Shown: positions 20,169 through 31,064, counted from the first letter of the stretch. The stretch: 64,000 nt of DNA from a candidate division FCPU426 bacterium (GCA_963771075.1 CAVYSE010000028.1:256001-320000); one strand, 5' to 3'. Notes: generated by a model from the sequence alone, not told the origin. Numbers and translations are program-made.

Positions 20169-20593
20169 GTCATTGCGAGGAGTTGCACCGATAGGCACGT
20201 TTAGCGACGTCGCAATCTCAGTTGCCGTTCTCTTGTTACAATTCTTCATACAAATCCTTCCACGAATCATTCATATTCCGAATAAGTTCAATCTTCCTGA
20301 TTCTGGAATAATTTTTGATCTGTTTTTCTCTTTCAATGGCAACCGAAATACTGTCTGAAACTTCGTAATAAACCAATTTCATTAAATTGAACCTTTTTGA
20401 AAAACCTTCCACTAATTTTTCTTTATGTTCGTATATTCTTCGTTTCAGGTCGTTAGTGACCCCGGTGTAAAGGGTGGTGTTGTTTTTGTTGGTCAGTATG
20501 TAAATGTACCCATGGTTAGTCCAACTCCAAGGCAAAAAACCTGAGATTGCGACGTCGCCAACCATGCCTAGCGGCATGGCTCCTCGCAATGAC
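20169..20593. mobile_element. GIY-YIG gene cassette bracketed by inverted GTCATTGCGAG palindromes
   Basis: Repeat 20169-20221, an AT-rich nuclease gene, inverted repeat 20541-20593; located between the two RND paralogues. Confidence 0.65.
20236..20535 (-). CDS. Small GIY-YIG nuclease (YhbQ-like)
   Basis: GYIYILTNKNNTTLYTGVTNDLKRRIYEHK...AIEREKQIK...WKDLYEEL. Start uncertain; the ORF-track extension to 20622 reads through the repeat. Confidence 0.9.
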   Translation of the reverse strand: MPWSWTNHGYIYILTNKNNTTLYTGVTNDLKRRIYEHKEKLVEGFSKRFNLMKLVYYEVSDSISVAIEREKQIKNYSRIRKIELIRNMNDSWKDLYEEL

Positions 20594-20626
20594 ATCAACT
20601 CCTTTTTCAATATCAACAGCAACGGG

Positions 20627-23600
20627 TTAGGCGTTCAAGGACGAAAACATCCGGGTCAGCCAAAGCCTGAAGTCGTCCACATAGCCGAAGACCGAAGGCA
20701 CGATGACCAGCGTCAACAAAAGCGAACTGATCAAGCCCCCCTCGATGGCCACGCCCATGGACTGGCGGAATTTTCCCACTTCGGTCAAGGCCAGGGCCAC
20801 CGGCAGCATGCCCGCGATGAGGGCGAAGGTGGTCATGAGGATGGGGCGCAGGCGAACCTTGCCCGCCATCTTGAGCGCCTCGTCCCTGGGATGCCCTTTG
20901 CGCATCATCTGTAGGGTGTAGTCCACCAGCAGGATTGAATTTTTGGTGACGAGACCCAACAACATGATGAGGGCGACCATGCTGAAGATGTTCAGGCTCA
21001 GGGTGGGCACGATCATCTGCCCGAGGAAAAGGGCGAAGAAGGCCCCGACGATGGCCAAGGGGATGGCCAGCATGATGGTAAAGGGGATGATGGGCGACTC
21101 GTAAAGGCTGGCGAGGATCATGAAGGTGAAAAGAACCGCCAGGCCCACAGCCTCCAGCATGCTGACCATGAGGTCCTGCAGGTCCTGCGCCTGGCCCACG
21201 AACTCATAGGTGCACCCCCGGGGGCAGTTGGATGCCGTTCATGATCTCCTTGGCCTTGTCGATGGCCCCGCCTAAGGCCCCGCCGGGGGCGATCTGCGCC
21301 GAGATCATGATGTAGCGGGCGCGGTCCTGCCGGTCGATCCGGGCGGGCCCCTCGGTGGTGACCGGATGGGAAATATCGGACAAGGCGCACCATGTTGTGG
21401 TTTTGGTTGGGCACGAGGGTCGAGGCGTATTGCTTTTCCAGGTTCCTCTGGTCCTCCTGCAGGCGCACGCGAATGTCGTAGTCCTGGCCGTGCTGGCGAA
21501 GTTTCGCCGCGACCAACCCTTCCACCTGGGTGCGCAGTTCCATCCCCGCGTCCACGCCCGAAACCCCGAGGGCCTTCATGCGCTCCGGGTCCAAAACCGC
21601 CTGGAACTCGGGCTTGCCACCGTCGTAGGTCGATTGCACGTCGGCCAGATCCTTCACCGACCGGATCTTTTCGGCCACTTGGTCGGCGAAAGGCACCAGG
21701 GTGGCGTAATCGTCGCCCACCAGGTTCAGGTTAAAAGGCGCCTGGTCGCCGAACGCGCTGGCTTCCGCCACCTGGGGCTTCAGCGAGTCCTTGAAGGGTT
21801 CCAGTTCTTGGCGAACCTTGGACATCATCTGGGAAGTGGTGATATCCCGATCCTGATAGGGCTTGAGCCGGATATAAAGCCGGCCCTTGTTGACGCCCTG
21901 CGCCGCGCCCGAACCGTCCGTTCCCCCGATCGAACCGGATAAAACCACGACCTCGGGGTGCTTTTGGATCACCTGGGCCACCTGTTCGGTCATCGTTTTC
22001 ATCTCGTCCAGGGAGGTTCCCGGCGCGGACTTCAACAGCACCACGAACTCGCCCACGTCGGCCGTGGGAAGGAAGGTGAACTTGATGTGCGGCCCCAGGA
22101 CCAGCATGGAAAAGAAAAAGAGGAAGATTGCGGAACCGATCACCTTTTTCCGGTTCCTCAGGCACCAATCGATCAGGATCGCGTAACGGCCCTCCAGAAA
22201 ATCCTGGAAGCGGCTGAAGGCCTTGAGGATGGGCGTAATCACCGGGATCTCGCCCTCGCCCTTCACCGTTTTCTTGGCCCAATAGGCCGAGAGGAGCGGG
22301 CCCATGACCATGGCCTCAAAGAGGGAGATCCCCATGGCGAAACAAACCGTCATGCCGAATTCCCTGAAGAACTGGCCCACGATGCCCTTGAGGAAGGCGA
22401 TGGGCAAAAAGACCGCGATGATGACCGAGGAGGTCGCCACAACCGCCAGGGCCACTTCCAGCGCCCCCTTCACGGCTGCTTCCTTGGGGGGCATGCCTTC
22501 CTCGATATGGCGCCAGATGTTTTCCCGCACGACGATGGCGTCGTCGATCAAAAGCCCCACGGCCAAGGACAAGGCCAGAAGGGTCATGACATTCAGGGTG
22601 TAACCCTGGCTGTTCATGAGGAAAAAAGCGCCCAAAAGGGATACGGGCAGGGACGTGATGGTAATCAGGGTGGAGCGGAAGGAACCCAGGAACAATAGGA
22701 CCACCAAAATGGTGAGTAGGATCCCCTCGATGATGGTGTATTTGACGTCGGTGAGATTCATGCGCACTGGCCGGGCCATTTCCTGGATCACGGAAAGCCC
22801 GGGCGAACCCGTTTTCGTCTTCAGGAATTCATTGATCTTGTCCATCTGCTTCAAGGCCCCGTCCACTACCGCCACGGTATTGGCCTTGGACTGTTTATAG
22901 ACCTGAAGCACCAGGGTGGGCTTTCCGTTGAGGAAGCTGTAACTGTCGGCGTCCGCCACCGTGTCGACCACGTTTCCCAGCTTGTCCACCGTCACCGAAA
23001 CGTCGGATCCGAAAAAATTGACCGGTGTGTTCTTGATGCGATCCAGGTCGTTATATTCCCCCACGGACCGGAACAAAAGCTCACGCGCGCCCAGGTCCAC
23101 CTTCCCCACGGGCACGTTCATGCCGTTCAGGCCGATCTTGTCCGCCACCTGGCCCGCGCTGATGCGGTAACGGTTGAGTTGGTCGCGGTCCAACTGGACC
23201 TGGATCTCCCGCTTGTGCCCCCCGATGATGTTGACCACCCCCACTCCCGGCACTTCCGCCAGGCGGGGTTTGACATATTGGTCCGCCAGGTCGTAGATAT
23301 CGGCCGCGGTTAATCCCGGGGCCTGGAGGCTGAGGATGGCGACGGCCTGGTCGGTGGGATCGAACCGCCGGATGATGGGCTCATCCACGCCCTTGGGCAG
23401 CTGGGGCCGCACGAAGGCCACCCGGTCGCGCACCTGCTGTTCGGCGTCCTTGGCGTCGGTCTCCAGGGTGAACTGGACCCAGATGACCGCGAACCCTTCC
23501 TGGTTGGAGGAGGAGACCTTTTTCACGCCCTGGAGGGAGCTGAGCTCGTCCTCCATGGGCTTGGAGATCTGGGTCTCGATCTCTTCCGGGCTGGCTCCCT

Positions 23601-23754
23601 GGTAGGGTACCGTCACGAACACGAAAGGAAAGCTGACGTCCGGGAAGAGGTCCACCCCCAGGGAGTTATAGCCCATGATGCCAAGTACCATGATGAGGAT
23701 GACCACACAGCTCATGAAGACGGGGCGCTCGATGGCAAGTTTGGGTAAGTTCAC
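20627..23754 (-). CDS. RND efflux permease (AcrB/AcrD/AcrF family), paralogue 1 (frameshifts near 21200-21390)
   Basis: ORFs 21118-23754 and 20627-21199; same motifs as, and highly similar to, 16808-19979. Confidence 0.9.
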
Positions 23755-23881
23755 AAAGCTTCTCCTTAATCCACTCTGATCTTTTTTCCCCTTAAAGCTT
23801 CCATTAAACTTCTCGCACGCCGATAGCGGTTAGCGGTTGGCTGTTAGCTAAAAGCAAACAACCATCGGCCAATGGCTTTCT

Positions 23882-25333
23882 TTATTGCTCTTTTTCCGTG
23901 GAGAGCCACCATTGGGCTTGCGCCAGCAAACCCAGTTTTTCGGTGACCAACGAAAGACGGCTCAACCGGGCCAGGAAATACTGGTTTTCGATGGATAAAA
24001 GGGTGAACTGGGTGGTCCGTCCCAGGCCCAATTGTTTCCGCTCCGCGTCGGCGTTGAGGCGTTGGAGACTCTCGATGTCCGCCGCCATGGCCAGCCGCTT
24101 GTCCACATCCTTCAACCGGTCCTGGATGTCCTTCCATTCCTGGTCCACTTCCAACCGCTTGTCCTGAAGGGTCAGAACCGAACTCTCGTATTCCTTCTGG
24201 TATCCCTCGGCGGTCCTTTCCGCGGTGAATACATCGAGGGAAAGGTTGAACTGGGCGCCCAACAACCAGGTAGGATGGTCGGTGCCAAAGGCGGTGTTAT
24301 TGGCGTTCTGGAAATTCGGGTCCAACCCGTTTCCCCGCCAGGAGGCGAAGGCCTCGATGTCGGGGTAGATGTTCTGATAGGTCTGGTCATAGGCGGATTT
24401 TTTCTGCCGGGTTTGGGCTTCCACGGCCTGAAGGTCCATGCGGTCGGGAAGGTTCTTGGGGAACACCACCTTTTCGTGGGCGAGCGACCTTTCCAAAGCC
24501 TCCAACTTTTCGGGAACCTGGTCGGTGGTTTTGTCGCGGAATCGGTTAAAAGCCAGGCGGGCCGACCTTTCCCGGTTCAAGGCCGATTGCAGGTCCAGGT
24601 CCGCCTCCTTCACCGCGGCCTCCGCCTGCAGGGCGTCCGGAGGATCGGCCAGGTTGTGGGCGACCCGGCGTTGGGTCCAAGTCCAGATCTTTTGGTTTCG
24701 CTCCAGGGTGTCCCGGCGGATATCCACTTCCGCCCGGGCCAGGGCCAGGTTCCAATAAGCGAGCTTGGCGTTATAGATCACCCCATCCTTTTGAAAGGCG
24801 GACATTTTCTCGGCCGATTCCAGGCCATATTGCACGCTTTTGACCCCGGCGCCGGTTTGGGCGCCGCCGAAATCCTTGAAGAGGGGAACCGTCAAGGAAA
24901 GGACGGGCGAGATTTGGAAATAGGAGGTCTCAAAGGCGCCCGAACCCGGCGGGGCCAGGCTCAACAATTCGGAGGGATAGCTCAAATTGACGTTGGAAAA
25001 AGCGTAACCCACGGAAATCGAAGGCCCGAAGGGCAGTTTGTCCACGATCGAGGCGCCCGCAGAATCGGCCAGGGTCTGGGTGGTCGCGAGAATCGTGGGT
25101 TGCTGGGATTGGTCGTTGAGATGGGTGTAGGCCACCTCCAATTGGGGCGAATAGATCAAATCGTTTTGATGGGATTCTTTCTCATAAGCTATCGCGGAGG
25201 CTTGGGACGCCTTGAAATCCGCCCCCTGGCTTTGGACCTGATCGAGGTAAGACTCCAGGGTTAAATTTTGCTGGGACCAGGCGAGACCCGCCGCGAGCCA
25301 AATTCCCAAGCCCATTCGTGTCGAGTTTTTCAT
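23882..25333 (-). CDS. TolC-family outer membrane efflux protein
   Basis: Signal peptide; AYWNLALA, DALQAEA, GRTTQFTLL repeats of the outer-membrane efflux fold; upstream of the RND genes. Confidence 0.85.
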   Translation of the reverse strand: MKNSTRMGLGIWLAAGLAWSQQNLTLESYLDQVQSQGADFKASQASAIAYEKESHQNDLIYSPQLEVAYTHLNDQSQQPTILATTQTLADSAGASIVDKLPFGPSISVGYAFSNVNLSYPSELLSLAPPGSGAFETSYFQISPVLSLTVPLFKDFGGAQTGAGVKSVQYGLESAEKMSAFQKDGVIYNAKLAYWNLALARAEVDIRRDTLERNQKIWTWTQRRVAHNLADPPDALQAEAAVKEADLDLQSALNRERSARLAFNRFRDKTTDQVPEKLEALERSLAHEKVVFPKNLPDRMDLQAVEAQTRQKKSAYDQTYQNIYPDIEAFASWRGNGLDPNFQNANNTAFGTDHPTWLLGAQFNLSLDVFTAERTAEGYQKEYESSVLTLQDKRLEVDQEWKDIQDRLKDVDKRLAMAADIESLQRLNADAERKQLGLGRTTQFTLLSIENQYFLARLSRLSLVTEKLGLLAQAQWWLSTEKEQ

Positions 25334-25372
25334 AAATTTCCTTTAAAGAATTTCAACGGAGCCTTCTTATTC

Positions 25373-25765
25373 CTATTCGCTACTCTTTTTCTCAACCCAC
25401 TCTTTCCATTCCTGCTCGGACCAGTTTTGCCAATCCCCTTTTGGCATATGCCGGCAGGCCCATCTTTTCCAATGATGCCGTCCCCAAGGCCCATGCCCGC
25501 CCCCGTTTACTTGTTGGGGAATGACCAGGCCCAGGACGGCCGACGCCAAGGCCACCACACCCCCGACCAGGAGCGCCGTGATGACAAAGATCGTCAGGAG
25601 CGTCGGTCCCAGCGATTGCCCGAAGACCAGCACGATCAAGGGCAACCCCAAGGCGATGCAGGCCCCTCCGATGACCCCCGCCACGGCGATGGTGGTCCCT
25701 CCGGTTCGGAACTGGACATTCGCGTGGACCTTCTCGTTATCCTTCTCTTTCGTTTCCTCAATCAT
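25373..25765 (-). CDS. Small membrane protein, possible anti-sigma or accessory factor
   Basis: Two hydrophobic segments and a Trp-rich tail; overlaps the ECF sigma stop. Confidence 0.6.
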   Translation of the reverse strand: MIEETKEKDNEKVHANVQFRTGGTTIAVAGVIGGACIALGLPLIVLVFGQSLGPTLLTIFVITALLVGGVVALASAVLGLVIPQQVNGGGHGPWGRHHWKRWACRHMPKGDWQNWSEQEWKEWVEKKSSE

Positions 25766-26300
25766 TCGTGTCTCCTTTGACGTCCAATAATTCCCGCAAG
25801 GTTTCCAGCGCGTACCGGCACCGGCTTCCCGCCGTGTTCAACGAGATCTGAAGCGCCTCCCCGATCTCACGAAAGGACAGACCTACGTAGTATTTCAACC
25901 GGATCACCGTTCGCTGGCTTTCCGGAAGCTTTTCCATCGCCTGTTCCAATTCCACCGGATCGAGATCATCCACCTGATCCAGGGGCTGAAACGACTCCGG
26001 AGCTTCCAGCTCCGGAAGATCCGCCAAGTCGATCTGGACTCTCCTTCGGCTCCGACGCTTGACCGAATTTAACCAGACCGCCCTCGCCGCGTAAGCCCCC
26101 GGATTCTCGATCTCCAGCTTTTCCCTTTTTTCCCACAAAAGGGTTAAGGTTTCCTGGACGACATCCTCCGCCTCTTCCCGGTTTTCAAGCACCCGGCAAG
26201 CCAGCCTTAACCAAAGGTCTTGGTGTTCCGCCACGAAGGCCTGGAACCCCTCCTCTAGACGGAAAACGGTCATGGGTTTTAATTCAACTCCTTCCCACAT
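25758..26300 (-). CDS. ECF sigma-70 factor
   Basis: EEAEDVVQET (region 2) and LPESQRTVIRLKYYVGLSFREIGEALQISLNTAGSR (region 4). Confidence 0.92.
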   Translation of the reverse strand: MWEGVELKPMTVFRLEEGFQAFVAEHQDLWLRLACRVLENREEAEDVVQETLTLLWEKREKLEIENPGAYAARAVWLNSVKRRSRRRVQIDLADLPELEAPESFQPLDQVDDLDPVELEQAMEKLPESQRTVIRLKYYVGLSFREIGEALQISLNTAGSRCRYALETLRELLDVKGDTND

Positions 26301-26364
26301 GAAAGATCCTTTCCGGCCGGTTTTTGTCTATCCATTCTTTATATCCGTTCGGTTCACGGATGGC

Positions 26365-26976
26365 TTACGTTTCCTGGAATCTCCCCGCGTAGGTTTTGGC
26401 CAGGGATTTCACGAAGGATTCCCCATCCCCGATCAGGGGCGTGATGTCCCCCACCATCATCTGGTGCCAGGAATAATGCATGAGGCTGGCGAAAAACTGG
26501 AAAAAGAGGAGCTTGATCTCTTTCTCGCTTTTTTGCGTGATCAACTTAGGCACTAAGATTTCCTGGACAATAAAGGTAAGTTGTTCGGTAATGAAATGAA
26601 GGTAAAATTTCCTCATCTCCGGGCTCTTCATTGTTTCGCTCAACATGATCTTCATCAACTCCACGTGTTCGGGCCTATTCATTTCCAGCAGGTGATGCTT
26701 TCCCAGCAGGTAAAAACATTCCTCCAGGTCTTTGGCTTGTTTTAATAAATGAATCACTTCATCCTTCTCCTCCACGTGGGAGAGGAAAATTTCCCTCAAA
26801 ATCTGGTCCTTGCTCTTGAAGTAGTGGTACAGCCCAGCCTTGGTGACCTTGCAGGCCTTGGCGATCTGGGACATGCTGGTTTCCATAACCCCGTGGGCGG
26901 CGAATAGCTTTCGGGCCTGGGCCACGAACCGGTTTTTCTGGCTCAAGTGTTTTTGTTCATTAAGGATTTTGACCAT
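26365..26976 (-). CDS. TetR/AcrR family regulator
   Basis: ARKLFAAHGVMETSMSQIAKACKVTKAGLYHYFKSKDQI. Confidence 0.93.
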   Translation of the reverse strand: MVKILNEQKHLSQKNRFVAQARKLFAAHGVMETSMSQIAKACKVTKAGLYHYFKSKDQILREIFLSHVEEKDEVIHLLKQAKDLEECFYLLGKHHLLEMNRPEHVELMKIMLSETMKSPEMRKFYLHFITEQLTFIVQEILVPKLITQKSEKEIKLLFFQFFASLMHYSWHQMMVGDITPLIGDGESFVKSLAKTYAGRFQET

Positions 26977-26982
26977 GGCATA

Positions 26983-27011
26983 AACCTACCAACCGGTCGG
27001 TAAATGATCAA
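26983..27011 (-). promoter_or_regulatory. Putative tetR promoter with a palindromic operator
   Basis: TTGATC (27011-27006), 17 bp, TAGGTT (26988-26983); near-perfect palindrome TACCAACCGGTCGGTA at 26987-27002. Confidence 0.65.
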
Positions 27012-27077
27012 GACTTTATTGTCCTTTTTTATGAAAGGAAAACGAATGACAAAATTATTCGTTTTAAAGGAAAAACT

Positions 27078-27107
27078 TGAAACAATTGAAATTCGCTTAT
27101 CGTCTAA
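27078..27107 (+). promoter_or_regulatory. ECF-type promoter
   Basis: TGAAAC-N17-CGTCTAA. Confidence 0.6.
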
Positions 27108-27173
27108 TTTAGGTAGGATTAGACGGTTTTAGAAAGCGGATCCTACTTGCAACATCAATTTGAGGAGGAATTC

Positions 27174-27398
27174 ATGAAAAAGTCGATTGTGTTGGCGATG
27201 GCGGTCGCCTTCTTGGCCGCTACATCCGGTTTGGTGATGGCGCAAGACACGGCGGGATCAGCTCCCCCGAAGACCCACAAGACCCACAAGGCCAAATCTC
27301 ATAAGAAACACAAGAAGACCGCTGGTGCTTCCGGCACTACTTCAACCGCCCCGGCTCCATCCGGCGATAGCGCCGCTCCGGCCGCTGGCGGGAAATAA
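27174..27398 (+). CDS. Small exported Lys/His/Ala-rich protein
   Basis: GAGGAGG RBS; signal peptide ending VMA-Q; low-complexity mature region; terminator-like hairpin at ~27453-27490. Confidence 0.75.
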   Translation: MKKSIVLAMAVAFLAATSGLVMAQDTAGSAPPKTHKTHKAKSHKKHKKTAGASGTTSTAPAPSGDSAAPAAGGK

Positions 27399-27527
27399 AC
27401 TCAAAGCTTTTCATTCCCGGCAAAAGCCGGGGATTTCAACTCGGCGACTTTAAAAAAGGCTTGGTCCCTGAACCGGGCCTTTTTTATTTTCCGGCATCCA
27501 AAATTTAATAAACCCGTTCCTTTTCTT

Positions 27528-27557
27528 CGTAACACATCTGTCCCTATGCTCGTCCAA
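27528..27557 (+). promoter_or_regulatory. ECF-type promoter
   Basis: CGTAAC-N17-CGTCCAA. Confidence 0.6.
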
Positions 27558-27595
27558 CCTTTGCCGTTAACCATCAAACGAATTGGAGGCTGTAA

Positions 27596-28045
27596 ATGAA
27601 AATGTTTTTGTCTTTGACGTTCGCCTTATTGTTCGCCGGGACCGCCGGGATTGCACTGGCCCAAGCCGATTCTTCCGCCCCCGCGGAATCCGCCGCGCCC
27701 GCCACCCAATCCACGCCCATGGCGCCCAAGATGAAAGGCGCCCATCCCTTGATCCATGAGATCCAAACGCGTTTGCAGGACCAGAACAAGCGGATCATGG
27801 AAGGGATCCAAAAGAGAACCTTGACCAAGGATGAGATGGTGGCGCTTCACGCGAAGATCAAGTCCATCCGGGAAGAGATGCAGGGCGACCTCAAGACCAA
27901 CGGAAAGAAAGAACTGACCGAGGATCAATTCAAGCAATTGAACCAGGAATTGGACGACAATTCCAAGGCCATTCACGACGAGAAATCGCAAGGCGCCTCG
28001 GATGCCGGTACCTTGGCGGCTTCCACCACTCCCACCGCCAATTAA
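27596..28045 (+). CDS. Exported helical hypothetical protein
   Basis: GGAGG RBS; signal peptide ALA-Q; RLQDQNKRIMEGIQKRTLT...LNQELDDNSKAI. Confidence 0.8.
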   Translation: MKMFLSLTFALLFAGTAGIALAQADSSAPAESAAPATQSTPMAPKMKGAHPLIHEIQTRLQDQNKRIMEGIQKRTLTKDEMVALHAKIKSIREEMQGDLKTNGKKELTEDQFKQLNQELDDNSKAIHDEKSQGASDAGTLAASTTPTAN

Positions 28046-28157
28046 TCTTATCATTCATTTTTTCTTGAAAAGCGGGCCATCATGCCCGCTTTTCTTTTAA
28101 CTGGATTCCCTCGCCCAAGTGGTACACTTTCCTTGATCTTCTTTGCACGGAGCGGAC

Positions 28158-28874
28158 ATGAAACATGCAGCGTTCGGCTTTCTCATCCTCTTTTTTTCCC
28201 TTTCCACGCGCGCTCAGGCGGATATCGAACCGGCCTTGAAAGACCTGATCTCGGTTTATTCCATCGAGGACATTGAGGGGGCGGGCCAGGTCTGGATCCA
28301 GAAATCGGGGGATTCCCAATGGAACAGCGCCAAGGAAGGCCAAAATTTGGAAGAGGGTGATTCCCTCAAGGTGGGTTTGGCCACCGAGGTGGTGCTTTCA
28401 CTTAAGAAAGACACCTTTGTCCATGTGGGTGAAAAATCGATCCTCAGCGTCCAACAATTGGAGGAACAGGGAGAAGATGGTTTCCTGACCCGCTTGAGCC
28501 TCCAGGCCGGAGTGATCCTCTCGGATGTTCGAAAAAAGCTGGACCTTTCCGGCTCCGCCTATGAAGTGGAAGCGGGCGGGGTCGTCTGCGGGGTGCGGGG
28601 AACCGTTTTCGAGGTCTTGAAGGAAGGTGACGAGGTGGAGGCCACCACCCACGAAGGGACTGTCCAGGTGCGGAACGCATCGGGTACCCAGATGGTCCAA
28701 GCGGGCGAGACCGAACACTGCCACCACGGCCTGCACCATTCCAAAGGCCCTTGCGCGAAAAGGGCCCTGGCCCGTTACAAAGCCTGGAAGGCCCTGAAAA
28801 CCCGTTGTCTAGCCCGGCGGTCGTCCCCCCATTCCTCCCATGCCGCTCCCAAGTCCCGCGCCTACCACCGGTAA
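28158..28874 (+). CDS. Exported FecR-domain protein
   Basis: Signal peptide; LEEGDSLKVG and VEAGGVVCGVRGTVFEV...HEGTVQV. Confidence 0.8.
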   Translation: MKHAAFGFLILFFSLSTRAQADIEPALKDLISVYSIEDIEGAGQVWIQKSGDSQWNSAKEGQNLEEGDSLKVGLATEVVLSLKKDTFVHVGEKSILSVQQLEEQGEDGFLTRLSLQAGVILSDVRKKLDLSGSAYEVEAGGVVCGVRGTVFEVLKEGDEVEATTHEGTVQVRNASGTQMVQAGETEHCHHGLHHSKGPCAKRALARYKAWKALKTRCLARRSSPHSSHAAPKSRAYHR

Positions 28875-29058
28875 TCCTCTCCTAAGTGGAACTCCCATCG
28901 TTCAATGATCTTTTAGGCCTCTTTCCTTGTTTTCTTCCCTCCCCTCCGCTTGAAAGCCTATAATTCCCCTGTTTTTTCATGGTTAGGCTGTCATTGACAC
29001 CTCAATCGTCTAACGGTAAAAAGATAGGCCCCTTTAGGGTGACTTTCGGCCTTATTTT

Positions 29059-29991
29059 ATGGAGGTTCCTTTGCGATTCATGATTTGCCGGGTTCTAACC
29101 TTGGGATTGCTACTGGCCCTGGGCCTATCCCTGCATGGGTGTTTCATCAAGTCGATGGCGGTGGATTCCATCGCGGACAGCCTGGCGGGCACGGGCGACA
29201 CGTTCAGCTCCGACAATGATCCCCAACTCATCCGGGAGGCGATCCCCTTCAGCCTAAAGCTGATGGAAAGCGTCCTATCCGCCGCACCCCGACATGTGGG
29301 CCTCTTGACCGCGACCTGCAAGGGTTTCACCGAGTACGCATTCGCCTTCGTGCAGTCCGACATGGAGCGGATGGCGGACGCCCAATACGACAAAAAGAAG
29401 GCCTGGACCCTCCGGTCGAAGAACCTTTACCTCCGGGCCCAAGGATACGGTATGAGGGCCTTGGACGCGCGCCACGATCATTTCAGCCAAATGCTGAAGC
29501 TGGATCCCAAGGGCACCGTTGCCAAGGCCAACAAGGACGACGTCGAAGCCCTTTACTGGACCGCCGTCTCCTGGCTGGGAGCGATCGTTTTGGACAAGGG
29601 CGACAATGAGCTGATGGCCGATGAGCCAGAGGCTGAGGCCCTTCTTTACCGGGCCTATGCCTTGGACCCCGATTACGACAAGGGCGCCATCGAGGATTTT
29701 CTCATAACCTACGAGGGCGGTAAGCCCGCCATGATGGGCGGTTCGGACAAGAAGGCCCGGGAACACTTCGACCGGGCCCTGGTCTTGAACAAGGGTCTGG
29801 ATGCCACGACTTACCTGAATTACGCCGAGGCGGTGGACGAAAAACTGCAGAACAAGGAAGAATTCGAGGAGATGCTGAACAAGGCCCTGGCCATCGACCC
29901 GGACAAGGAACCCAGCAACCGCCTGGTCAACCTGCTCATGCAGGACCGGGCCCGCTGGCTCTTAGCCAACGAGGACAAGCTGTTCTTGTAA
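29059..29991 (+). CDS. TRAP transporter TatT-family lipoprotein (TPAT T component)
   Basis: Lipobox LHGC; SDNDPQLIREAIPFSLKLMES and AREHFDRAL; upstream of dctP and a fused dctQM. Confidence 0.85.
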   Translation: MEVPLRFMICRVLTLGLLLALGLSLHGCFIKSMAVDSIADSLAGTGDTFSSDNDPQLIREAIPFSLKLMESVLSAAPRHVGLLTATCKGFTEYAFAFVQSDMERMADAQYDKKKAWTLRSKNLYLRAQGYGMRALDARHDHFSQMLKLDPKGTVAKANKDDVEALYWTAVSWLGAIVLDKGDNELMADEPEAEALLYRAYALDPDYDKGAIEDFLITYEGGKPAMMGGSDKKAREHFDRALVLNKGLDATTYLNYAEAVDEKLQNKEEFEEMLNKALAIDPDKEPSNRLVNLLMQDRARWLLANEDKLFL

Positions 29992-30039
29992 TGTAAGGAA
30001 ACGTGAATCAAATTTAAGAAAGCTGAAAAAGGAAAACAC

Positions 30040-31064
30040 ATGAAGACGATTCGAATGTCATCCCTGATGGTTCTGGCACTGTTGGCGGTTCTTTTCACCG
30101 CCCCCGCCACCCGAGCCCAGGACGCCGCCATTACCCTGAAACTCGGCACCCTGGCCCCGGAACATACGACCTTTGACAATATCCTCCAGGATATGGGCGC
30201 CCAATGGAGAAAGTCCGGGGTCATGCTGAAGATTTACGGGGGGGAGAGTTGGGCGAGGAGCCTGACATTATCACCAAGATGCGAATCAACCAGATCCAGG
30301 TGGGCGTGGTGACCGTGGTGGGTCTCTCCAAGATCGACAAGGCCATGAACGTACTTTCCATTCCCATGCTGTATAAGGATTACAAGGAAAGTGATTATGT
30401 CCGGTCCAAGATGCAGCCCATTCTGGAACAACGCCTGGAGGCCAAGGGTTTCAAAGTCCTGAATTGGGGCGAGGCGGGATGGGTTTACTTCTTCGGCAAG
30501 ACGCCCATCTTGACGCCAGACGACCTCAAAAAAATGAAACTCTTTGTCTGGGGCGACGACGCCGACACCATGAACATCTGGCAATCGGCGGGCTTTTCCC
30601 CCATTCCCCTTTCGAGCACCGACATCCTGCCCAACCTTCAGACCGGCATGATCAACTGCTTCGACACCACCCCCATTCTCGCCCTGTCCTCACAGTGGTT
30701 CGGCCTGGCTAAGCAAATGACCAACATGAAATGGTGCCCCCTGATTGGCGCCACCATCATCACCACCCAGGCTTGGAACAAGATACCCATGGCCTCCCGC
30801 CCCGCCCTGCTAAAGGCCGCGGCCGTGGCGGACAAAAGATTCCGGGATGAAATCCGCGCCAACAGCGATAAGGCCATCGACGCCATGAAGGAGCACGGCC
30901 TGGTCGTTCACGACATCACCCCGGAACAACATGACCAATGGGAAAAACTTTTCCAAAGCGTCTATCCCCAGATCGCGGGCACACTGATCCCGAAGGATAT
31001 CATGGAGATGGCCGTCAAATACCGCGACGAATTCCGAGCCCAAAAGGCGGCTCAGGCGGAATGA
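30040..31064 (+). CDS. dctP: TRAP substrate-binding protein DctP (frameshift near the G-run at ~30240)
   Basis: LKLGTLAPE in ORF 30040-30312; PILTPDDLKKMKL...DILPNLQTGMI in ORF 30204-31064. Confidence 0.88.

Noticed and set aside
17513..25264. Long plus-strand ORFs (for example 19026-20204 and 24032-25264)
   Set aside because: Antisense shadows of GC-rich RND and TolC genes, with no recognisable motifs.
29007..29013. Fifth ECF promoter (CGTCTAA before tatT)
   Set aside because: There is no AAC-like -35 at 17 bp, and a nearby TTGACA suggests a housekeeping promoter.
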